Shown: positions 9,389 to 22,460 of the stretch, one piece after another
Position numbering within the stretch: the stretch's first letter is position 1
How the letters are laid out: each line of letters opens with the position of its first letter
Notes under the pieces: model-generated
The model's input: only the letters and a program-made list of their open reading frames with translations
Databases searched by the model: none
What the model was told of the DNA's origin: nothing
Position numbers and translations under genes: made by a program
Assembly: GCA_015680685.1 (NCBI GenBank)
Contig: MNCI01003484.1
Span: 1,052,918 to 1,116,917 of the forward strand
Source of the DNA: Gnetum montanum
Lineage: Eukaryota; Plantae; Gnetophyta
Length of the DNA: 64,000 nt
Direction of reading: 5' to 3'

Positions 9389-12300
9389 GATGTAGTTTGT
9401 TAATTGTTTAATAACTTTATGATTTTTTTTCATTTTTATGTTAGGAGTGGGTTTAATGGGTACGATCCGATACTCGACATCTCCTTCGCTAATTACGTTG
9501 AATGGTAGCTCTGCCCAGGAGATGTCTGGTGGAGTAGGCTCTAAGTCAGTATCCTTGGATGTTTCTAGGTTAGGTAGTGTTTCCCTAGTTTTTAAAGGAT
9601 CACGATTTATGGGTTTGGTATCACTTTGGGTTTCATTTGTTTCTTTCGGTATGGGCTTTTCAGAAGTTCTGTCAAGTTTATGCTCATGTGGAGTGTCCTC
9701 TTGTTCAGGCTCCTCAAATTTGACTTCGGAGCCTCGATTTTCCTCCGTGTGAGATGAGATGGTGGATGTAGCAGTATCCCCATGGATAATGATTTCACCC
9801 CCCTCATAGGGTAAGTGAATCTCTTGATGAATGGGGGAAGACACCGCTTTTAACTGGGCTAACCAGGGTCATCCTAGGATTAGGTTAAAACCAAGCATCT
9901 CATCAATAACTACGAAGTCGACGAATGTGGGGAATCGATCCCCTGCTATAAAATCCAAGGTTAATGTACCTTTAACCACTACTCGTGACCCATTAAATGA
10001 CTTTAGGCATGTCGTAGATGTTGGTTTAATTAATTCTGTAAGCCCTAATTGTTCAATGATGGGATAAGGCACTACGTTTGTGGCTGCTCCGTCATCTACA
10101 TGTACTCAATGTATTTTGAACTGATTAACTCATATGGTTATAAACATGGGTTCATGGGTGACGTCTCCAGTTTTCTCATTAATCTTAATGTTTTCGGGGT
10201 GAAAGCCTAATGATTTAGATTTGGATCCTTGTCATGTAGACATTACCGCATCTATAGAGGGTTCGTTTGCAGGTAGGTTTTCGCTAACTGGGATCGATGT
10301 TAACATTTGTACTAAGGCTTCACGATGAACTGGCGAAGTCAATATGAGGTCATACAAGCTTAATGATGTATTCTTTTGTTTAAGGGCTTGCGTAACCTGT
10401 GTTAGGGCGTTAGCTAAGTCTTTACCATTGGGTATATTCTTGTCCATGGCCACTCGATCCATTGGACCCAACAGTTGTATCTCATGTGCGGTAACTTTCG
10501 TGTTATTTTTCATGACTGTTGGGTTTGATATGTGTTGCATTCTTGATTTTTCCTCTTTATAACTCATGCTTGGCTCATTTTTAGCAGCCATAGGTATTGC
10601 GCTTAACAGAGTTGGTTTCGGGGGCCCCAGTGCAAGGCGTTGACGTTCCTTCTCCAAACATTCCCTGGTGAGCCTATTTGCCAAGCGTTCTCGCATGGGT
10701 TGTGTGGGAACATTTGGGTTCAGGGTATCGGGTTGTTTCGGGACCTAGATGACGAATGGGACAGGACGGGATTATGTCTGAGGCGTATGAGCTTGGACAT
10801 TAGGCTACCTAGGCACCTTGACCACAAACAGGGTTGGGTGATTTGTAGTTGGTACCTCTATTGTAGCAGCTTTCGGTGGCACCCGGACCACAAAGGGAGT
10901 GGGCCAGTTTGATGGTGTCACACTAGCGGTTGTATCAGCAGAGGGAACATGAACAACAAATGGTTTGGTTTGGGGTGGTACCTGTGCTATTCCCATTGCG
11001 GGAGGTCCTCGGATGACCAATGGTTCTTGTGGGGTAGAAGGATCATGTGGGGAATATGAAGGTTGAGGTGATGTTAGTGTAGTAGGGGGAACACGAACTA
11101 CGAAGGGGTTCTTTGGTGTTTCATAGTTATTATCTATGTAGATGGTGTTAATTATGTATGGCATTTATTTAGTGTTTAAGGGATCTTTATATACTCCCAT
11201 GGACTGGTTTTGTGGTTTGGCTGGGTTGGCCTCATCAAAAGTGATCTCACCGCTATCAATCATTCATTGAATGTCTTGTTTCAAGGTGAAACAATAGTCA
11301 GTGCCATGCCCATTACGTTGGTGTTACTCATAGAACTGGTCTAGTCAAAGCCTCTTGGAACCGGGGGCTCATCTAGTGTTGCCAAGCTTGGGTTCTTGAC
11401 CAATTCATAGAATCGATCATGTCTTTGAATTTCCGCAGGGAACAATTATTTATGTTTCATTAGACCAGCCTTCAAGAGTTGGTCAAATAATTATGAAGGT
11501 TTCATGGGCAATGGTGTGTATTGAGAGGGGTCTCTCCTCTCAAAGTTTCTTGCATGGCCTGGTGTAGCATTTTGTGATGTGGACAGTCCGGGTGTAGCAG
11601 CGGGAGCAGGTTTAGTATAGCTAACACGGGCGGTAGGTGGTTTACCTTGTTTTCTCGTACTTGTTTGCTGAGTTTCTACTATTGCTACTACAGTTGTCTT
11701 AGCCCTTTCTTTGTCTTTCTTATTATGCTGACTTTTAAAAGCTGAATAGGCAGGGTCATGGCTATTTTTTGCTACTTCTTCAATGTTCTTAATTTGTACA
11801 AATGCTTGGCTAAGAGTGCGTGCATTTAGGTAATACAGTTTGGATTTAACAAAGTCATTCACGACTCCCTTTAAGATGGTGAGTAAGTATGTTTCGGGGA
11901 TTGGTTCATGAAGTTTGTTTAGCGCAACACTCCATCTCTGAATAAATTTTTGTACAGGTTCAAGCAGTGATTATTTTACCTATATCAGACTGTCCAAGGT
12001 TGCTTTAGGTTTCAGGTTGTATTTAAACCTGGTAACGAACTGGTGTAAGAGATCCTCCAAAGAGGATATGGAGTTACGAGGTAAGGCTCGGTACCAGTCT
12101 AAAGCTCTCCCAGTGAGGGACATGGTAAAAACACGTAAGATTGCATGGGGCCATGCCTGAAGTAATAAACATTCTAGTCTAAATGTGACCAGGCAAGCAT
12201 TGGGGTCTCCTTCCCCATCGTATTTGGTTAGTTGAGGCAAAGAAACTCCTTTGGGCAGGGTCAATGGTGGTACCAAAGAGCTAATAGGATCATCTTGGTA

Positions 12301-13508
12301 AAAGTCTAACACTTTAAGCTCTTCATTGTTGGCCATTTTGAGGCGTTTTACCTCATCAGTGAGTTCTTGCATCCTTTTTTAGCTTTGGCCCAATCTTGGG
12401 CACTAGGTGAAGTGGCAGGTTGGTCATGTTGTGTAGTATTCAAGTTAGATTGTTGCATAGTGGGCAGGAAAAAAGAAAGTTGAGTGGTTGGAGGTTGCAC
12501 TTGTGGAATATTTATGGTGGGTGCTACAAAGGGTGGCATACCATAAGGGGTAGGTTATTTTTGTTATTGTTGAGGGATGTTCATGGGTGGAATTGTAGGA
12601 GGTGATATGTTGTAAGGAGGGGGTTGATGCGGTTGCATGCCAGTCACGGCCCACTGTCCAGTCATGATTTGTGAGGGAACACCCTGAACTTGTTGAGTTG
12701 AAGTGGTGAAGGGTGTCCCTTGGGTTTGAATTTGTGGTATATAGTGAGTAGATGTAGAAGCAGGTATCACAGATGGCATCCCAATCACTTGGGGTGGGAA
12801 GGTCACTCCTACATTAGTTTGAGGGGGATGTTGTTGGGGTTGTATTTGTAAGAGAGGGGATAACGTGGTGATGGGAGGAATAGTGGCGATGAGTATATTG
12901 AATTGAGTATCGGTAATAGGGAGAGTGGGAATAAGAGTGGATGCTTCCTATTGAGGCACATGTTCTTGAGTGGTTTTAAATGAATGGAGGGACATGGTCT
13001 CCCCCGTGAAAGGGTGAAATAATGAGTTCTCGTAAGTATGCGAACTAAGAGTATGGTATGAATCCTCATGTTCGGACTGAGCCGCAAAGTCATCCTCCTC
13101 TTCTAATTGAGGATTTACTATGGACTGTTCCAGAGACTGACTCCTTACCAGGAGGAGCTGTGAGATGAGCTCAGAGTAGTGCTCTAGAAGGGGGATGATG
13201 TCATATGGGGAGGGGATGAACTCATGTCCTCCCTTATGAATCAGTTCATACTATTTCTTAGCCTCCAGTTTAGTTTGATCTACTACCAAACTGGCTTGGA
13301 TCTTTACACATATAAAATTATATTGTTCTTGTGTTATGACATTAAATGATGGATTCTTCCCTTGTAGTCAAAGAGATCGACGAGGTCCCCCCCGGGGGTT
13401 GACCTCACCGTGGGCCGCTATGGGTTGCATGATGGGTATCGGCATTGCCGTGGAGACATTGACATCTGAAGTTGGCATGGTTGAAACATTGGTATTGGCA
13501 TTATTCAT
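9377..13508 (-). pseudogene. gag: Gag-protease of B1 (frameshifted, with stops)
   Basis: LPQLTKYDGEGDP..SLTGRALDWYRALPRNSISS (11980-12372); knuckle remnant HQRNGHGTDYC (~11290-11335); protease VHVDDGAATN (~10080-10105) and FNLILG; Pro/Gln-rich N-terminus; ATG at 13508. Confidence 0.85.
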
Positions 13509-14017
13509 GGTGAAAAGGTCCTAAGTGTAACAAGGTAGATGGGAGACAATGTCAGCGTGCATAGGTGAAAATTTGGCCAAGTATGAAATGGGTATACTTG
13601 TTAGCGTACACCCTTAGCGTGCAGACTTGTCTACACAACGTACACCTAAGTCTGGTAGTGTGCAGACTAGATCCACAGCGTACACCTAAGTCTGGCAGCG
13701 TGCAGGCTAGATTCACAGCGTATGGACTAAATCCCCAACATACAGGCTTCAACAATCAGCGTACAGGATGAACAGGTAGCGTACAGATAGAGTGGACAAC
13801 GTGCAAATGGGCTAGGCAGCATATACACGTTGAGATTGCAGCAGATCTGGCTGAACAAGGCATAGATCTGAAAGGTTCAAAGTTAGATCTATGCTGATAG
13901 AGTGTAAATCTGAGAAAGCTGACTGTAGATCATGGATCACAGAGAGTGGATCTATGAGATGGACTAGCGGATCTGAAGAGATCTACGGTGGATCATAGTA
14001 GATTTAAGCAATGAGAG

Positions 14018-14035
14018 GCCCTCCTTCTAGCATCA
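14018..14035 (-). promoter_or_regulatory. Degenerate primer-binding site of B1 (Tat-type)
   Basis: Minus strand TGATGCTAGAAGGAGGGC matches TGGCGCTAGAAGGAGGG with two transitions, 5 nt (GAAAA) from the LTR end ..GTACA. Confidence 0.7.
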
Positions 14036-14040
14036 TTTTC

Positions 14041-15547
14041 TGTACTATCTGAAATCATCGGTGCACGACTGGAATGAAATAGACACCGAGAGATCTATAG
14101 ACAGGCACAAAAGACTCTACCTTCACTTGAGGGTGAGCTAAATTGACAAAGGTAGAGTACCTTGGGTGGTCCACACATGGATCAGACAAGGATTTCCCCA
14201 AACGTATGCTAATGTGCAATACACTGGGTTCTGTGTAAACAACGTAATAAGCGTAAACCAGAACGTAAATGTGCAAAAATATAAACAAAGAGATAGGCAA
14301 GAATGAATGCAAACTATAACAAATCTTAATCGAAAATGAAGCAATTCTATTGCAAAAAATGAGGATTACAGTGCACCGGTCTGAACATAGTTGTGGGACT
14401 GACATAAGGCAGACGAAGAGCCCCAATGGATGCGGATGGATGATGGTATGCTAGTTTAGACTGCAGGCACAACATGAAGGCTATATGGTCAGCGTGCAGG
14501 GTTGAAGTCCAGCGTGCAGGGTTCGTGTTCCGATCGATCCCAATGTGATTTTTTCTTTTTAAAAAGCCCCCTTCTTTGGTGAAAAATTGGGGTTTTTATG
14601 ATTTTTAGGGTGTGAAACTCATATTTGGAGTGATATGAGTGGCTGTTGGTGAGAAAATTTTGGGTCAGATGACATGTGGCTACGTTGCTCGAGTGCAAGA
14701 AATATTACAACTATGCAGCGTGCTGCATGCCAGCATGTACACGCTGGGCGTGTGAACCCAGTGTACAGACTTGACTAATACAAAAGAATTGAACTTTACA
14801 AATGAACATTATTGTTACAATAGAGAATCCTAAACATGCCCTTGTATTTGAGCTCTGGTATCATGAGGATGCTGCTTGTGGATTTTCAGCTCATTCTGAC
14901 TTGGTCTGATACGGTTTTGGGAGGCTTCAAGTGGCATACGTGGTGTTGCACAGTAGGCGTGCAGAGTATGTATGCTTAGCATATAGGTCATGGAAGTGCA
15001 TCATTTTGAGGTTGAATCTTCATTTCTGGGAGCCTGGGATGATGCTTGATAATTGCCTTGTCTCTGAGAGTCGATTGTAGGTGAAGATCTTGTTCTGGGG
15101 TGCCTATTTTAAGAGATCCTTGATGTTGCACGCTGGTGTGCAGGAATGAAAACCCATCATTTGGTGCCCAAAACTTGATTTTCAGGAGCCTGAGAGCTAT
15201 TGGGGACCTTGGGGAAGATCCTGGGGGGTCCAGACACTCAATTCTGGCATGTTTTGGCTTATTTTTGGGGCCCAAAATTTGCTGCACGTTGAGCTGCAAG
15301 CTGGGTGTGCAGGCCTATGTGCAAGAAGTATACTTAGTCAAAACTAAGTGTTTTGAGTTTGAAACTTGTAGTTCTTGTTGCCAGATGTTGATGTAGTCTC
15401 CAATGGATCTTGGGGAACTTTTACGTGCTTGATTTGACTCTGTTTGATGTTGTTTCTAAAGCTTTCGAGCTTGGTCATGCTAGAGACCAACATGACTTTG
15501 CTCCATTTCTGTCTACAAGTGTTAGCCAAAATTTTTGTGGTGTTTCA
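14041..15547 (-). repeat. 5' LTR of B1 (~1.5 kb)
   Basis: Bounded by the PBS on the left. The right end AAATTTTTGTGGTGTTTCA matches the B2 3' LTR end AAATTTGGTGGTGTTTCA (45962), and the LTR sequence of C resumes immediately after it. Confidence 0.72.
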
Positions 15548-16170
15548 CACACCCACATGTATCGCAATAAAAATTAGTCTTTTGATTAAACCTTGCAACA
15601 CTTAGAATAGATTAATGGTTTATTTATGCATTTATTTTTTTCATTAATTATGCCATTAATCAAGGTAAATTAGAATTTGAGGAATTAGTTATTTAATTAA
15701 TTTAAATAGATTAAATACATAAGTATGATCACTTCAAACATGAACATGTTATTTTCTTGGTAATCCCAGCAACGTTAGTGCATGGTGTGCTTAGTAGCAT
15801 AGTGCTTGGTAACTGAGTAGTGGATATGTAGGTTTAGGACATATATGGAAAGCGGAATTGGATGCTTATGTTAGGACTAGTTAGAGATTAGTTAAGTAGT
15901 TAAACTAGATTAGTTATTAAATTATTTCATCTCTCTACTTTAAGTACTAAGGAATATAAAATATAAAATAAATCATATACCTCGATTACACTTCACCATA
16001 CCATTGTGCATCACAAGTGTAATTGACCATACGAATGACCAGTAGGGCAAGGTTCACTTCCTAGAAGAATAGTGTATTGGAAACTATAGAGTCCACAGAA
16101 TTCGATCAGATCACACATGAACGCTTCATGATTCATATGGTTGGACATAGGGGTACCTCGTCGCTCATCA
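15548..16170 (+). repeat. 5' LTR of C (3' ~620 bp; the first ~300 bp were displaced by B1)
   Basis: Direct repeat of 27902-28509; ends CTCATCA and is followed by the decayed PBS TGGCACCATTTCTAGGGAC (16172-16190). Confidence 0.87.
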
Positions 16171-16344
16171 TTGGCACCATTTCTAGGGACTCTCTTTTGT
16201 TGAAACGTGTGCTATCTAGGTTTAGTGAGTATAATTAACATCATTGGTCAAACACTAAGGTCAACATCATTCCCAAATAATATAATTACAAAAGAACACT
16301 AATATTTTTTTTTTTTTGTAAAATTTCTTCTTCTTCTTGTAGGC

Positions 16345-19300
16345 ATGACAATGTTAAACCACTAGTCCCTCAAGAGTGCAAAGTAATATATACTCATCCA
16401 GATGAGTATGTGCCTAATTTCACCTTCATCCTACATTAGTATGAATAACTATGATGGTGTGATATGGAAGGCAACATTGTAATGCCTCCTGATTGATCTG
16501 TGCCCGTGATGCTACTTCAAAATCTCAAGAAGTTAAGAGTCCATTATCTTCAAGAGGTGTACGTTGTGCATGATTACGACTATCGAGACTATCATCCTAC
16601 TGAAACACAATGTAGGAGAGATTGTCACTAAGAAAGGCATCATAAGGTTATGAAGGGGAAACGATTCAGCAATCCCTTGTTCTTGCTAAACCAAGATGAT
16701 AATGAGTATCCTCCCTTTGAGGTTTTTCAACATGAAAATTCTCCATCCCTTGTTACTGATGAGGGAGGTGTGGCTCTGAATCTATGGTCTACTATAAACA
16801 ATCCAAGTTCAAGCAAAGATGGTAGTCAAGGCAAGGGCTTGGATAAGCATCAAGATGATAAGAAAACTAATGAACATGGCCATGACAACCAAAGGGAAAT
16901 TGGTAGACATCATGGTGATGGTAGTCCTCCTCCCTCTTCATCCTCTTCATCTGAATATCTTTCTTCTTCTTCTTTTGGTTTTGAAAAATGCTACAGAAGG
17001 AATAATCATGATGAAGGTGAGCAACAGGGCAATAATACTGATCACCATGCCCATAATAATTAAAGGGGTAATAGAGGACATCATCAGTGACATCGAAATA
17101 ATGATGATGATGAGCCTTTGTTGGTAACTCAAAGCATGCTTAACATTGTAGAGGTAGTTGAGATCTCAAGTAGGCATGTGAAAGACAGTCAGATCAAGCA
17201 CTTAGACATGAACAATATTCCAAGGTTTGAGGGGGATATAACTCTGATCCATAGAACCATTTACAAGTCTTTCATGATTCCTATGCCTTACAAAACATAG
17301 AAAATGATTAGTAGAAATTAAAACTATTCCCTAGGACACTCATCAAGAAAGTAGAAGGCTGGTACCAATCCTTGGAGCTAAAATCTATCTATCAATGAAG
17401 TACAATGTTCGAGCTATTTAATGATAAATACCATACGTAATCCAAAGTGTCCAATCTAAAAAGGAAAATCCAAGGTTGGAAATAAGGAAAACATGAGCCC
17501 TTGGATACCGTAATGGATGAATATTATTCTTTCTTACACCGATGTTTTGGCCATGGTTATTCTTAGAAGGAACAACTCTGCCACATCATAGATGGGCTCA
17601 AAGCAAAAACCAGAAAAACTCTTGGGGTATATGCCCAAGGGAGACTATCTAAACTAAGAGCTCATCAAATCCAAAGGCTAATAGAGTAGGTAGTAAAAGA
17701 AGAAGGTGAATTACAAAAAAGGTAAAGTGTAGAAGGATTTAATAGGGATCCTTCCATCAAGAAAAGGAAGGTCTGATTCTGTGATGAGGAGGAGTCACCA
17801 CTCGACGAGGTGGTAAATAAGAAAACCTTGCCCATCCAAAAATCTATTTCTAATATTTCAACAAAGGTTGATAAATTATGGAACTCTTCAAATGAAAAAT
17901 TTCAAACTGCTATGAAGATTGCTAAAAAATCCAAAGACCAAAATAGTGATCATGATCATAGGAGTTGGAAAGAAGCTAGACGTGCTTGCAAAAAGGTAAG
18001 GGCAAAGCTGCTGTAGTAGAAGAAGTGTGAAGATAGACTTTGATGATGATGTTGGGTGTGACATTTATCAATATGAACATCCTAAAGGATGTTTCCCTGT
18101 GTTGTCATACTTACAAGAGTCTGGGGTGTACACATTGAATCCTCGACTAGCATGGAGGCAAGCACCTAGATGATTACCTTATCCTTAAGGTAATCAAAGG
18201 TAGTTCAACCAGCAACAGTAAGCTTACTATCCAAGTGGAGCTCCACCACAGCCATATGAGTAATACCATTAGTGGCACCAACCACAATCATGGAAAATGC
18301 CATTGTCAAGATAGTAGTACCCTTATAGGCAACTAGATCCATATGGGTACTATGTTCAGCAACCTGTTTTTCAACAAAGCTTTGTAAGCCATGCCTCATT
18401 TCCACATCATTATTATCCTCTAGAGTACCATCGAACTAATTCACCATATACTCAAGAAGTGCATCCATATTCATACCACCTTCCTCATCTGTCTACACAC
18501 ATGCCTTCACCCTTAACCTAGTTACCTCCTGCTTTGTTCATGTAGGGTGAAATTTCCTCATAGCCATAGCAACAAAATGCTACAAGGGTTGTACATTTAC
18601 AATTAGCCTTCCAGCCAAGTGGTTTGGACAAGCAATCTAGGAAATGACCATTTTTCCAACCAACAATCCTCCCAAACCCTCACAACCTAATGTAGCTTGT
18701 TGTATTGTATCTCGAATACCCTCATCCTCTACATCAAATATATTTGAAAGTCCTTCAAACCAAATGTTATCTCAAATCTGCATTGTGATGTTGACTCATG
18801 TTGTCTTTGATTGGATCAAGGTTGGAAACCTTCCCATGAAAAGATCTAACTTGGGAATTCCTCTTATTTACTTACAAATCAGTGGACATAAGCCATGCAA
18901 GGTCCTTCTTGATTCTAGTTCCAGTGTCAATCTCATCTCCCATGACATGTACAAGGCCAAGAACCTACCACCTCTTAAGAAGCGTAACACCCATTTGGAA
19001 TTTGAAGACTAATTAATCATTGTCCCTTTGGGATTAGTGGAGGACATTGTGACTACAATGTGTGGATGGTTCTATCCTGCCAATTTTCTAGTGATCAAGG
19101 TAGAAAATTGCAAGGGTGACTTCCCCATCATTATGGAACATGCATGGTTAAGCACGATTGATGCATGAATGGGCATTAGGGACCTCTACTTGGAAATTTC
19201 CAAGGAGAATAAATTTGGAAAATTAGAGAAGAAGCATGTTCCATGCATCGTGTAGAGTGATAATGGGTGTAATTACATGTAGAAAATATGGTCCATTAAA

Positions 19301-22300
19301 AGTACATTCATCATAGCATGCAATCACTATGTGCATGAAATTGATATCCAAAGGTGCCTGTATGCAATAGCCACAAAATAGGAGGGCACCTAGTGGCTAA
19401 TAACTAGCTTTGAAAATAACACATTATGCATGAAACCTACTAAGAGCCTGACATGTGCCTATGTTGAAGGCATGAATGAACTTAAGCAAGTTTATCACCA
19501 ACTCTCTAATGATGAAAATGATAATACCTATTGAGAAGAGTTGGAAATCCCTAATAATTTCAAGAAAGAGTCCCTAGAGTTAAAAACTCTACTAGTCGAC
19601 ATGGAGTATGCATTTTTAAATAATGGAAAGCTGGTTATAATAAATGCAAATCTTGCTCCCAAACAAAAAGACAAGCTATTGAAGGTGATCAAAAAATGGC
19701 CAATAGCCTTTGCTTGGTCATATCCTAAACTGACTAGAATTGATCTAAGGATATGCCAATATTATATCTACCCCAACTTGGCCATGAAGCCAAAAAGATA
19801 GCTGCAGAGGTGGCTGAATCCCAAGTTGAAGCATATTGTCAAAAAGAAAATTGAACTCCTCAAGGCAAGGTTCATCTATCCCATCTTGGATAGTGAGTGG
19901 ATTAGCCCAATTATAATTATGTCAAGGAAATGTGACAAGTGGCAAGTCTACATTGACTTTAGGCTATTGAACATGACAACATTTAAAGATCATTTTCCAT
20001 TGCCATTTGTGAACCAAGTATTGGACACTATATCTAGGCATTGTTATTATAGCTTCATGGATGGTTATAGTGGCTATAACCAAATCCAGATTGTGCTAGA
20101 GGATTAGGCCTAAACAATGTTCATAAGTTCCTTAGGGACTTTTGCATATTGAAAGATGCCATTTGTTTTATGCAATGCCCCTGCAACATTTCAATGCCTT
20201 GTCCTTGGCATTTTTCAATAACAGATTGGTAGCAAGGTAGAAGTCTTTATGGATGACTTCTCTACCTATGGGGCTACATCAGAGCAAGCCATGAATCACC
20301 TTGAGCAAGTACTGAAAAGATGTGTTAAAAAAACCTTAGGCTTAATTGGTAGAAAAGCCATTTAATGGTCCAGGAAGGCATAGTACTGGGGTATAGAATT
20401 ACTTAGGCAAGGATTGAGGTAGACCCAGAAAAGATAAGGGTCATCCAAGGAGTCACATGTCAACTAGAGACAATCAAAGATGTCCAATCATTCCTTGGAC
20501 ACATTGGCTACTACCAACAGTTTATAGAGAATTTCTCTAAGATCACCAAGCTGTTGGTTGAGCTTACAAAGAAAGATGTTTCATTCACTTGGACTAAGAA
20601 ATGCGAAAATGCCTTCCAAAGCCTCAAGTAGGATCTCATAGAAACTCCAATTCTACGAGCACTAGACTGGTCTAGACCATTTCATATAATGAAAAATGCA
20701 ACTAATTATTCCTTGGGAGATGTGCTTATGCAGCTAGATGATAAGAAAGATCCATATTACATCCACTATGTAAGTTGAAGCATTGTGGATGCATAATTGA
20801 ATTACACCACAACTAAGAAAGAATTGATGCTAGTGGTGTATGCTCTCAAAAATTTCAAGCACTATGTGCTTAGCTAGAAATTTTTTGTGCACACAAATCA
20901 TAGTGCCATTTGCTTCTTAATGAATAAGCCAATAGTAAGCCTCTATATTATACGGTGGCTTGTGATCTTGAAGGAATTCAATCTCACAATGGTAGATTAG
21001 AAAGAAATTGAGAATGTGATCACTGACCACCTCTCTCAGTTAGGATGGGATAATAAAGAGGAGGAGAGTTTGCTCTTTGATCAATTTCTAGATGAACTTC
21101 TCTTTACAGGAGCAATAAATGAACAAGTGCCCATTGAATCAAAATGGTATGATGGCATCCTCACTTACCTTCTCACTTAGGAGATGTCACAAGATTTGGA
21201 TCATAGGAAAAAATAATAATTACTTCATCAAGCAAAGTACTACATGGAAATCAATGAATACCTTTACAAGATGTGTGTTGATGGCCAAGTTTGTTGGTGT
21301 GTCCCTGATGCGAATCGATTGTACATTCTCTAGGATGCTCACAAAGGTCCTTGTGGAGGTCACTATGTAGGAAGACACAGAGTCATAAAAATCCTGATGG
21401 TAGTATACTATTAGCCTATAATCTTTAGGGATGCCCACCAATTTGTTCGATCTTATGAGCATTGTCAACAAGATGGTGGGATGATTGTACAAATGGAGGG
21501 TTCTCAACAGTGGATTCAATTATTAGAACCCTTTGACATATGGGGCATAGATTTCATGGGTCCCATCACATCCATGTCCAATGAAAAGGCATACATCATC
21601 ATAGTAGTCATCTACACCACCAAATGGGCAAAAGTAGTAGCCATCACCGATTGTACATCATCCATTACTGCTCAATTGTACAAAAAAATGTTGTAAATAG
21701 GTTTTGGGTGCCACATGCACTTATTTTTGATGATGGAACTCATTTTACAAGTATCACTTTTCAAACAATCATGCAATGCTTGGGGGTTGAACATAAATTA
21801 ACAACACCCTATGACCCCCAAGCCAACGATCAAGCAGAAGTCACTAATAGGGAGATTACAAAGATCTTAACAAGGACCATAAGCAAATATAGGAGAGATT
21901 GAAGCACAAAACTCAATAATGCCCTTTGGGCCTACTTCTCAACATGGAAGCTCCATATTGGCTACTCTCCCTATGAGTTTATGTGTAGAAAACTTCCAAC
22001 ACTTCCAGTTTAATCCAAACGTCATACACTTTCAACAGCTTATGACTTGGACCTTGACCTAAGCCTAGCACAAAGAGAAAGATTGATCAACCTGAATGTG
22101 CTAGATAAAAATTGATTAGTGGCCCTATCTTTGAATGAAGTGCACAAGGCATACAAAAAATAATGGCATGACCTTAGAATATAGAAAGTGAAATTTCAAC
22201 TAGGAGGTAAGGTTCTTTACTGAAATCCCACACATGTACCTTAGAAAACTAAATTCCAAACATTGTGGGAAGGGCCTTATATAATTAATGAAACCTTTTC

Positions 22301-22460
22301 TTTTGGGGCCATGATCATATACAAACCTAAGAGCCCAAATAAAAAGCACTTGGTCAACATCCAACAAGTAAATATTTTCCATGAGCCTAATCAAGCTAGT
22401 GCAACAACTACCTCAACGAATGGACAACCACGCTCAATTTTTTGGATCTCCTCCTTCTAA
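16345..22460 (+). pseudogene. gag-pol: gag-pol of element C
   Basis: Gag homologous to A (YTHPDEYVPNFTFILH); protease LLDSSSSVNLI (~18905); RT KDHFPLPFV..FMDGYSGYNQI and VFMDDFS; RNase H; integrase FDIWGIDFMGP, PYDPQANDQAEVTNREI and WEGPY. Many stops. Confidence 0.9.

Larger units (their letters stand above)
2507..15547 (-). mobile_element. Tat/Ogre-type Ty3/gypsy LTR retrotransposon, copy B1 (5' LTR, PBS, gag-protease, long spacer with antisense gene, RT; 3' part displaced left by A)
   Basis: Tat/Ogre-like RT (FAWSYTNMPGLDP, DDFPLPSIDQLVD, FMDGFLGYNQI, YVDDI), gag with a CHHC-type knuckle remnant, protease VDDGAATN, and a Tat-type PBS. Confidence 0.88.

Noticed and set aside
14851-14866. 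tRNA-Met PBS-like AGCTCTGGTATCATG
   Set aside because: Partial match inside the B1 LTR with no adjacent LTR end or copia gag.
15540-15560. Deletion/recombination junction
   Set aside because: The left side ends exactly at an LTR terminus (GTGGTGTTTCA) shared with B2, which favours insertion.
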